Below are positions 53,994 to 64,000 of a DNA stretch of 64,000 nt, in pieces; position 1 is the stretch's first letter; each line of letters begins with the position of its first letter. The notes below the pieces were generated by a model that saw only the letters and a program-made list of their open reading frames with translations, had not been told where the DNA came from and did not search any database. This DNA is from Camelus ferus. Lineage: Eukaryota. The DNA lies in the NCBI RefSeq assembly GCF_009834535.1, contig NC_045697.1, positions 12,216,001 to 12,280,000 on the forward strand, read 5' to 3'. The translations under genes were made by a program, and so were the position numbers.

Positions 53994-54143
53994 CCTAGAG
54001 ACAGAAGAGAGCTGAGAGAGGAGTACGCCCTGCAGAAGCTGTCATCACAGGGGTGTCACTTTCGTCTGCACTATTGTGTCCGCTGTGATTTTTGCCTGTG
54101 GGCTACAGAAGTAAGCTTCTCCGTCGGGGCAAATTTGGTTTCT
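53994..54143 (-). pseudogene. candidate 150-nt phase 1-1 exon with two in-frame TAG
   Basis: Acceptor tttacatgttcttcag|AG, donor AGG|gtatct; translates KPNLPRRRSLLL*PTGKNHSGHNSADESDTPVMTASAGRTPLSALFCL*. Confidence 0.25.
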
Positions 54144-56389
54144 CTGAAGAACATGTAAATAAATCGCTTTCATTTTCATGTGTTTTGCTTATTGCTACTG
54201 TGAGGGTAGACCTCTCTGAAGATACATGTTTCACCTTTAAAATTTGTTTCTAAAAAACTGACTTGCATTAGACTAACTCTAATTATGAGTTATTTGGCTT
54301 TCCTTTAGCACTAATGGAGGCAGGATGGAATAGTAGATAATACCAGTCAATAGCTAGTTTATGTAAAACCTTATTATGGTAAAGCTCAAGAGTTATTTCA
54401 TATTCGTACATGTCGAGCGTGAATCAGAAAATCAAGGGTTCAAGTTTTGGCTTATTCTTATATTAAGTCAACAGACATTTATAAAATACTTTCAGAAGTC
54501 AGACATTATGTTTGGTGCTGAGTGCGGCTTGCCCCTTGACCAGGGTTCTCCTTTGGGCAAATCACTTGAGCTTTGAAGACTCAGTTTCCTACCTGTATAA
54601 TGGGAGTAATATACTTTTATCTTGTTAAAGGACTTGTTTTAGTTTTCTTTTGTTTGCAAGCTCCAGTGTCTGCTTATTCCTGTGCCTTGAATCCAGCCAT
54701 TCACTAACTCAGTTCTATAAGATGAGACCTCAAAATTAAATCCTTGAAATTTTTTGCTTCTCACCCACTCTGATCCTTGACTCAGACTGTTTTCTTGCAT
54801 TGGCTGTCTTCCCGATATTTTTGTGTCCTCTGACGTTGTTGGTTGTAAGTAAAATCCTTGGCCTGGGTTTAAGATTTGGCCTGTCGGGTGGACACTCGGC
54901 TTTTTCTCTCCGTCACTTCTGATAACCTTGGCGTCCTGCAGAGGCTGATCAGGCCTCGTCTAGTCCTGCCGTCTAATCTAGCAGCTGACCCGCTGGATTG
55001 GTGCCTTGCTTGGTGCCTTGCTTGCTGTGGTCTGCTTTAGGGGGAAATTTCACAGATATGATCTCAGCCTCATTGAGAAGGGGCCAGCAAGTGTTACTGT
55101 GGTCATCAGGGCTTGATTTGGATGGGGTTCAGGCAGGGCCCCAGATCTAATGCAAGAACCAGTGTCCTATTCGGAACCTGCGAGAACAAGTTGTGTGGTT
55201 ACTCCCAAAAGTGTTAGGACAGTGCCAGGGCTCCATGGGCTTATGAGAGTCCAGGACTTATTTTAGTTCACTGGACACTAAACTCATAGAACGAATCCAC
55301 TCTCCCTATGTTTGCTGATGAGTTGGGTCAGAAACTAAGTGACTGTGAGATCACAGGTTAGAGTGTTAGAGTTCACTGCAGAGAGGGACCAGGAAAGGTA
55401 GGTGTTAGCGTTTTGTAAACTCTGAAGAACTATACAAATGTGGGTGTCATTATCAATGCTGTGTGGCAAAGAGCAGGTATTCAATTTAGGTATTTGTTGA
55501 ATAATACCCATTGCTTTTATTTCTTAATTTTTTTATTGACTAATTGGTTAGTTGTTTGTATGCTTATTGGAAAAGATTCTTGTGTCTATGATACTTTCTC
55601 ATCTTATTCCAAAGCCTTATTTTTCTTCTTTCTCGAGAGATCTGGCAAAGTTGTGTAGTACAGGTGGTGTGGTGCCATTAAAGAGCTAGTTCACGCAAAG
55701 CCCTAGATACAGGGAGGCTCAAGAAGTTCCGTGTAAAAGAAAAAAATTTTTATATTGAAATATAAGCTACCTTTAAAATTTGAATCAGAAAGTTGGCTCA
55801 CTTCTATATCCAATCAACAAACATTTATAAAGTGTGTATTAGGTGTGGTACAATCTACCATGGCAACCAGTACTATCTAGTATCCAATGAGTCAGTGATT
55901 CGCAGCAGTTTATTCAGTGTGTGGTGAATGAGTACTCGAGTGGGAGAAGCCATGGGTTTCTTTTATCAGTCATCTTTACATGGTGTGTACAAATAATAGA
56001 CCGGCCGTGCTTTAGGCTTTCCTGAGAGAAAGTAATTTAGTATATGTTAAATTCTACCTCACAAGCATTGTTTGAGAGTTAGAAATTAAATGTGTAGTTG
56101 TAACTCTGTTTCTTTAGGCTGACTAACTGCTTTTGTTCTTTGGCTGGAAGACTTGTTTAAAAGCTGAACAATATTAATGATAAGGAGTATCATTAATCAT
56201 GACTCAGCTTTGATTAAGCAAGTATTCCAAGTTGCTCCATGCATTATTCTATTTATGCTTCTAAAATCCTCTGTGATTGATCTGGGGCTGGTTAACTACC
56301 TTCTCTGTGTCATAGTTTCTGAACCTATGCTTTGCAAATTATCTTGGTTACCTTTCAGAATTATTATGAGGACTAAATGAAATCACACA

Positions 56390-58010
56390 GTCCTTGGACA
56401 AATATTTACTGAGTGCCTCCTATGTTAGACACTGAGCCACTTCCTAAGGGTATTAGCCATTAAGCAAATTTGACATTGTCCCTGCCCTCTTGGAGATTAC
56501 AGTCTAGGGAGGAAAACAGATCTTAAATAATATAACTTGTTATTTAATTATAGTTGTGATCAATGCTACCAAGTGGAAAAAAAAAAAAACAAATTAAACA
56601 ACAACAGTGTACTGTGAGAGACGATTTTAGGGAAACTGACCAAGAATGTGGAGTCAGAGAAGGAAGTTTCTCTTGGGAAAATGTATAAGACTTGAGGAAG
56701 AGTAAAAGTGAGAGGTGGGGAGACCCACAAGAGAACGTTTCAAGAAGAGGAAGTAACCTGCACTGAGAGGAGTTTGGTACCCTAATGCTGTGGTGGGATT
56801 TCAGTTGGCAAGAGTGAAAGGGGTACCTGTGAACTTGGGGGATTGTTAGGAATCCAACGGTGCAGGGCTATGTAGACTATTAGGAAGGTTTCTGAATATA
56901 TCATAAAGGTGATAGAAACCATTGAAACATTTTAAGTAGATCTGAATTATATTCACTTTTTATTTGACTCTGAGAGCACTGTGGAAAAAGTGTGGAAGGG
57001 GTCCAGAGTGGATGCAGGGAAACCAGTGGGAGGCTTCAGTAGTTGTGCAGGTGAGAAATGCTGGTGCTTTGGGGCTGGGGTGGTGACCATGGAGATGGGG
57101 AGAAGGGATGCAGAGGGTATGATGGGGTAGGGGGAGAGGCGTTAAGGATAATGCCTAAGTTTTCTGGTACGAGCTGCTGAGTGAAAGATGTTAGTGGTGT
57201 CTTTATTGATAGAAGAGACACTGGAAGAGGAAAAGGTTGGGGGTAGACAGAAAATACTAAGTTCATTTTCAGACACGCTAAGCTGAAGATGGCTGTGGGA
57301 CATCCAGTAGGTACGACAGTAGGTACGCAGTGGACACACAAAGGTTTAGAGCTCAGAAAAGAGGACTGGATGGAGAATTGAGTTTGCTGTAGGAAAGATG
57401 ATCATTAAAGTCAGGGAATGGATGAGGTGACTTGGGGAAAGAGTGTAGAGTAAGAAGAGAAGACCCGGACCTAGGCTGTAAGGAATATCAATACTTAAGG
57501 GTTACGTAGAGTAGGAGGGAAAGGCCAAGGAGGCTGGGCTAGAATGGGAAAAAAGATAATAGGGAAATTAAGAATGTGCTGTCTGAGGACCAAATCAAAG
57601 GCTGTTTTTAAGAAAAAAAGGCATAAATGGGTGCGTAGGTATTTTTGGAATAATGGACGTGTTTTAAAATTGGACTGTTGTGATATTGCATGATTCTGTA
57701 AATTTACTAAAAAGAATTGAATTTTGCACTTAAAATGGATGAATTTTATGGTAAGTAAATTATACCTCCATACGCTGTGAAGAAAAAAAAGAAAAGAAAG
57801 AAGGCATGGTAACCATATTCACAATGGAAGAGGAACTGAGACAGATAAAGACTAAGAAGTACCTTTTTTTTTTTTTTTTTTTTTTCCATCAGAAGGAGGC
57901 TTTCCTCAGAAAGGTGGAAGGAATGTGGAAGGGTGTTTGGAAGGAGGTAAGGACTGAATGGATGGTTAGGAGTGGAGACAGTGAGTGCTGACAAATCTTT
58001 GTAGACACTG
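56390..58010 (-). mobile_element. L2 fragments with a short (+) L1 3' end at about 57630-57790
   Basis: caaatatttactgagtgcctcctatg...gtccctgccctcttggagattacagtctag; L1 end cacttaaaatggatgaattttatggtaagtaaattatacctc. Confidence 0.85.
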
Positions 58011-58091
58011 AAGTGCTTTGAAAACTATGAATTGCACTATGTTGTACTGAGATTTTTTTTCTCTAAAATATAACAAGTTCTTTCCCTAGGA

Positions 58092-58860
58092 CAGTGATTT
58101 CTAAAGTGGGGTGCAAGAAGAAATATTAGAACTCGCAGATATTAATTTCATCTAGTAATAAGAAAAATTAGCTTTACTAATTTTTAACCATGCCAATGGA
58201 CAGTGGTGCTCTCTGTTGGTTCATGCTGGCTTTATTCATAAACAGTATGTTTGGTATTGAGGGAAAATGTGGAAGCTTCACAAAGGAGAAAGTGGACAGT
58301 GGTACTGACCTGGGGCACTAGCTTGTTCACTTCCAGTGGAATGTGGTCTATTCCAGTTTTTGTCTGGGTAAGAAATTTCATAGCTTATATTATCAGGCTG
58401 TAATGAAGCCAACTTCCAAAAAATGGAAAAAATTTTAAAAAATGTTCCTGTAATTAAACCACATTATCAAAGAGAATTTTAATAATTCAACTTGAAAGGA
58501 CAGGAAAGCATCCCCTCCCTTCTAGTAAAAGTTGTTTGTCACTTTGCAATAACGAAACAGTGATTTAATCAGATCAGAATTTGGCCAGAACACTTGAAAC
58601 AGTTACTATGAATTGAAGTATGAATCTCATCCACTTTGTTATTAAACTTTGTCCTGTTTGTTTACTGTTGTATGTATTGTGTCTTTGTAAGCTATTTTCT
58701 AGCTATAAAAACAGCTATAAATCCGTTAAAGCCAAATATTGAAATAAATTGAACTTAGAAGCAACCTTTAAATTGCTATGTTGCGAAGTGTTAAGCCAAG
58801 GTTTTTAGAAAAACCAAGCATAATCAATACATTTCTTGCATCAAAATTAATATTAATTAT
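58092..58860 (+). mobile_element. hAT-Charlie DNA transposon fragment
   Basis: TIR-like start cagtgatttctaaagtggggtgc. The text near 58720-58840 resembles a decayed Charlie transposase C-terminus. Confidence 0.7.
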
Positions 58861-58934
58861 TTTTCTGAGGGCAGAATAATGTAGTAAAAATACTTAACAT
58901 TTGTTCATGCTGCCCCTACAATACTGCTGTTTAC

Positions 58935-59150
58935 CATCTTGGTTAGTCCAGGGCAGAGACTGTGAAGAAGGTAAAGTCTGTTTTTGATGTTCTTCCCAAT
59001 TCCCATCAGTGCCCTTTCCCTCTAATCTAACCTCCTTTCCTTATGCTCCTTCTGATCCATCCAAGATGAACATACTTCTGAGGTCAGTTCTGCTTATTTC
59101 ACTGAGCAACTATGGTAGCTGCAGGTGACACCAGCATTTCTCAGGCACCC
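58935..59150 (-). pseudogene. candidate 216-nt phase 1-1 exon with two in-frame stops
   Basis: Acceptor cgcttgcttcag|GG, donor ATG|gtaaac; translates VPEKCWCHLQLP*LLSEISRTDLRSMFILDGSEGA*GKEVRLEGKGTDGNWEEHQKQTLPSSQSLPWTNQD. Confidence 0.3.
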
Positions 59151-59889
59151 CTGAAGCAAGCGTTCTCCTGCCTTACCTGGGAGAGTGTAAAGTGACTGTA
59201 CATATGAAAATCTTTAAAACTCTGCATAGCCACTGTCCTCAAAATTCACTTTCGGGATTTATCATAAGGGCATTTTCATAGCAGCCCACAGGGGTTAGCT
59301 TTAAAGATGCCACATTGCTGATAATACAGGAAAACTCAGAAACCATTTAAATGCTCAATATACTGGGCTGAATTATGGTACTTGTACGCAATGGATATTA
59401 CCCAAACATCTGGAATGATCACTGCAGAAGAACACCTGTGTTTTATTTTATAATATATGTGACCTATAATATTTTATGAAAAAAGTAAGATATAAAAATA
59501 TATATTTGATGCTATTACTAGAAAAAATTACTATGAATAGAAAAAAGACTGGAAGGATATGCATGAAATGATACGTAATCATTGCCCTTTGATGAGGGTG
59601 TTATAGATGATTTTTAATTTCTCCTTTGAGATCTTCCCTACATTTTTTAGAAGGGACAGATCATGTGTTATAATAAGATTCAATAAGTTCTGAAAAAAAA
59701 ATTGTCCTGTCCCTCTTTTCCCCACATCCCTCCCAAGGAAAGAAAAGTCAAGCTGAGGAAGATCAGAGTCTTTAATGAGTCTTTATTGACTGCAAATGGC
59801 CAGGCTCACAGATGTTCAGGACTCTCCAAATGTAACTCAAAGCTGCTTTTCATGTCGGAGGGTAGGGCAATGAGCACAGAAGCATCGGC

Positions 59890-60113
59890 CACAGTTACTG
59901 AGCATCTATCTGTGCTGAGCATCCATCTAGGCTCTTGGAACACAGCAACAAACAATAGGATGTCCTTGGCCTTGGGGATTTTACATTTGAGTGAACTAAG
60001 GCAGTCAATTAATAAATAAAGAAATGGTGTCTCAAGTGTAACAAAGTCTATGAATAAAATTTAGCAGGTTAGGAAGACTGAGAATGATTGGTGTGTGTGT
60101 GTGTGTGTGTTTA

Positions 60114-60144
<31 letters not shown>

Positions 60145-61445
60145 GTGGTCTACATTAGACAGGGAGATAAAGAAGGTAGTTCTGGTAAGGCGATCTGAGC
60201 AGAGACCTCAAAGAAATGGGAGATGAACCCATGTGATTGTCTGGTTATCTAGACCGAGGAAGCAGTCCGTGGAAAAGTCCTGAGGCAAAAATGTGCTTGT
60301 CAGGTTTGAGGAATTGAAGGGAGGTCAACGGTACTAGAGTAAAAAGTGTCAGGATGCTAGATCAGAGAGGTATGCAGGGGTCAGATCACAGAGTCTCAAG
60401 GGCATAGGAAAGGCTTTGGATTTTATTCAGACATGAGACAACACTGGAGCACTCTGAGCAGGGGAATGTCATGATGTGATTTAAGCTGTAAAAGGGTGGC
60501 CCTGACTGCTGTGGGGTAATGGACTGTGGGGTTGCAGGGTGAATACAGATAGCCCAGTTTGAATGCTAGTGTTCGATCAGCAATGATTGTGGATTACCAT
60601 GTGATCCAGCATGTCCACTTCTAAACATATATCTAAAATAATCAAAAGTAGGATGCAAACAGATACCTGTACACCCATTTTCATCACAGCATTGTTCACA
60701 ATAGCCAAAGTGTTGAAACAACCATCAACAGATAAATGAATAAACAAAATGTGCTATAGACATACAATGGAATATTATTCAGCCTTAAAATGGAAAATAA
60801 AAATTTGATACATGCTACAACATGGGTAAGACTTTAAAAAATGCTAAGTGAAATGAGGCAGACATAAAAGGACAAATATTGTATGATTTCATTGTATGAT
60901 TTCACTTATATGAAGTACCTGGGAGAATCAGATTCATATAGAGAGAAAGTGGGATAGAGGTTACCAGGGGCTGGTGGAGGGAGATGGGAGCTGGGAAATT
61001 ATTGTTTATGGGTACAGCACTTCTGTTTGGGGTGATGAAAAAGTTCTGGAAATGAATAATGGTGATAGTTATATAACATTGTGAATGTACTTTGTTCCAC
61101 AGAATTGTGTGCATAAAAATAGTTAACATGGCAAATTTTATGTCTATTTTACCAAATTAAAAAAAAGGTAATAGTGGCTTGAACTGAGAAGCAGAGGAGG
61201 AGGTTAGACTTTGGGTATATTTTGAATTTTAGCCCATAGAATTCTCTGATGGTTTGGCTTTTTATGTGTGAGAGCAAGAAAACAATCAGTGGTAAAACCA
61301 AGTTTGTGATCCTGAGCAAGTGAAAGTGAGGTGTTGCCATTCCTGAGATGGGGGAGACTCTGGGAGGAGAAGGTGAGGGAATCAAGGAAGAGGTTCCAGA
61401 TGTGCTGTTTCTGAGATGCTTATAAAACATCCAGGTGAAGTTGGT
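59890..61445 (-). mobile_element. L2 fragment split by a (GT)n repeat (60091-60140) and an L1
   Basis: The L2 text is continuous on both sides of 60592-61165. Confidence 0.8.
60592..61165 (+). mobile_element. L1MB-like 3' end
   Basis: ttaccatgtgatccagca...cagcattgttcacaatagccaaa...atacaatggaatattattcagccttaaaa...aaaagttctggaaatg, then a poly(A). Confidence 0.9.
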
Positions 61446-62369
61446 GAGTGATCCCTGTTCTAATCACTCATCCATCCAGGCAGGCCTTCCCTTTGGAAAT
61501 CCATTAGGACCTCGCCACAGGGTCTGTTATTCAAAATATATCCATTATCTGTCAGATTTTATTTGAATATATTATATGAAACAAATAAACAGATCAATGG
61601 ATAGATAAATAAATACATGAATAGTACAAAGCAAGCCAGTTGTCCAGGACAGTAAAGAGATGTGATTAGCCTTAATGCAGAATTTGTGGCTATGTAATCT
61701 GGCGCTAATTGTACTTTTGAAATCAGTACATTTTTTTCATTATCTTTTATCACGAGGTGACCCTAATTCACTTGGTGCTTCAGATAAAGTTTAATGGAAG
61801 AATCTCAGAGTCACCTTGATCTTCCTTACCTGACAAATTAGGGTAATATAGAACTCAAATCTAACCCAAGCTCAAAGTTGTTAAATACTTTAATTTTCAT
61901 CTGTGTTTTGTGTTGGAAAATAATTTTAATATTAAAGGACAGCTGTAGACTGCTAATGACTTGAATACAGTTTGACTGTTTTCATGAAGTGCTCTGTGGG
62001 ATGTCAGAATATTTAATTCAGGATGTTAAAAACATCCCAAAATGTCACAATAATTATATCACAGCAGGCAATTAAAACACTGGAAAATGCCAACTGACTA
62101 TGAGTGTTCCTTGTTATTTAGGAAACTATTAAGAACCTGACATACAAAGTAAAAAAAAAAAAACGCTGGTTATAACTTTCTATTTCAATAGACAATTTCA
62201 TCATCATATAGGAAATTGACACTTGATACAGTCAGGGTCATGCTAAAAACACAGCCCAAGGCAGAACTAAGGAGATCTCTACTTTCCCTTTATAATATCT
62301 ATATTCACACGTTATAAAAAACATTGTTTGGTTTTACATATCATACCATATGTGCTGCAATACCCTGCA

Positions 62370-62550
62370 TACAATGGTTGTGTTAATTAAATCATATGTT
62401 GGCAGCCTTAATTGATCTGATTTTGCCATCCTAAATTATGTGCAATAGAATTATTTCCTCGTTTTTCGAATTGTAAATGCTAATGGATTAACAATGTAAT
62501 GCCGAAGACCAGCAGCAGTGGTTGCTTAATCCCGGAGGATTAGAGTGTCA
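62370..62550. promoter_or_regulatory. candidate enhancer with clustered homeodomain sites
   Basis: GGATTA 62485-90, TAATCC 62527-32, GGATTA 62537-42 and AACAAT 62490-95, with further TAAT cores, in non-repeat sequence. Confidence 0.35.
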
Positions 62551-63180
62551 TTCTCAGTGGGGATGTTAAGAACTGACTATCATGAGCTGGAAGGAGATAT
62601 ATTCAGGCTGGGTGAGGAACAGAAAACAGAGTGTACCAAAATCCTAAGAGTTTAAATGCATTTACAGGCATGGGTTAACTCGGGTGTAAGTGAACAGTTT
62701 GCCCATGCAACTGTAACATTTGAAAGGACAGTGTTTTATGGGCAAAAACCCCACAGTTAACCTGAAGCTACATTTTGGGGAGCTATGTCCGAGTTTCAAA
62801 TGGGTCACCTGAAAGGTTAAGTGTTATTTTTAACCAACACACTTATGAAGGACTTAAGATAAGCAGTTAGCACCATAGCATTCATAGAGAGCAGAAATTA
62901 TTATAACGTGTTTATTTTTGATTTTGGGAAACATGATGGAAAATAATTGTGCTGCCTTCAAGAAAGGTCTGTAATTAAATGAGGTAATGTTATAAAGCAC
63001 CGAATATGATGTCCAGCAGACAACAGTTGCTTAAAATATTTTAGTTCCTTCTTTCCTTTGTGAAAACAGACATCAACACAAAGAACTATGGTAAAGGTGG
63101 CATTTGGGTGGAGCCCAAACTAAAGTATAAACAGACTGAGTGGAAGAGGAAGTACAATGTCTTGGAATAATGTCCAAACT

Positions 63181-64000
63181 CAGGGGCAGATTTCAGTGTT
63201 TATACAATCTGGGGTGCCTCCTTTATGGAAAACAGCACAAGATTATCAATATAAAAACTAAGAATAGAATGAATATTTAAGAATGAGGGAAAAAACACAA
63301 TGAAGTATACATTTACAGGATCTGATAGATACCACAAATATTCTAAAATTGAGAAAAATAGTATTTTATTTGTATTAATTATCTAAATGCCACACCACTG
63401 GAATACCTTCTTTTCTTCATTTTTTATATATATATGTTTTGATCATGCTCTCATATGAGTGATTTTGTAAAATCTATAGAGTGCAGGTTGGTAATTCAAT
63501 GTTTTCTTTAACATGGTAATCAAAATTTGATATTTTAACATTATTGTCTGTTTTAGAAAATTTTTCTTTTTAGAAAAGCTTCACAACTCATTATTAATAT
63601 GCCATGTGAAGACTTAAGATTATTGTTAAATTTGGGGAAATGTCTATTAAATTTCTTCCAAATATGCATTGTAAGGGCATTTCAAATTTTCTTGTTCAGT
63701 AACTAATCTTCAGTACCAGTAGGGCTGATGGCACACATTAAACAATTAGTCATTGATGTCCGCTCTGCAGTGGAGTATTAAGAGTTAGCTGTTATCTTTG
63801 TTGACGTAAGTATTTCATGTCAAATTAGCAAGAATTTGAAGTCTTCTCCCAATGTGTCCATATGACTCACTCCTCTGTGTTAATTGGATTATCCGAATAT
63901 CCAGGTGCTTATTTGTTACTTCTGTTCAAAATTTATTTCCTCCTCTTAATGAATCATTTCATTTGGTATGATCTGAAAGCTTTTTGTTACAATTTGTTTT
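63181..64000. mobile_element. Zaphod/MER115-like hAT-Tip100 DNA transposon, running off the window end
   Basis: caggggcagatttcag...tttatacaatctggggtgcctcctttatggaaaa...ctgatagataccacaaata matches the recalled Zaphod terminus. Confidence 0.75.

Noticed and set aside
54998..55025. 12-13 bp tandem duplications here and at 12105-12130, about 57305-57328 and 60878-60903
   Set aside because: Ordinary two-copy slippage duplications with no spacers or shared sequence, so not an array.
59177..59221. Minus-strand donor CAG|gtaagg with a 45-nt open micro-exon
   Set aside because: It abuts L1-like sequence, and the distance to the 59150 acceptor is too short for an intron.
1..64000. CRISPR array, operon, prophage or defence system
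   Set aside because: The sequence is mammalian and repeat-dominated, with no repeat-spacer periodicity and no gene-dense ORF structure.

Overview
AT-rich, CpG-depleted mammalian genomic DNA, not prokaryotic. Three copies of a tRNA-derived SINE resembling the camelid Vic-1 family, plus young artiodactyl-type L1 3' ends, point to a camelid (alpaca, llama or camel). Most of the window is transposon relics: MaLR and ERVL LTRs, L1, L2, MIR, hAT and Tigger elements, and microsatellites. Family names are by-eye recall of consensus sequences and the boundaries of old elements are approximate. I recognise no intact gene, RNA gene or CRISPR array, and nearly all of the ORF track is repeat-derived noise. 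I found no convincing new biological system. The best leads are: (1) a chain of five minus-strand exon-like segments (59150 to 47932) with mostly compatible phase-1 junctions, possibly a decayed gene; (2) a 155-bp near-complete hairpin at 28119-28273; (3) a small CpG-rich patch bracketed by two divergent SINEs at 46.1-46.8 kb; (4) unusual retrotransposition products at 31.8-32.4 kb and 37.75-38.5 kb; (5) a cluster of TAATCC homeodomain sites at 62.5 kb.
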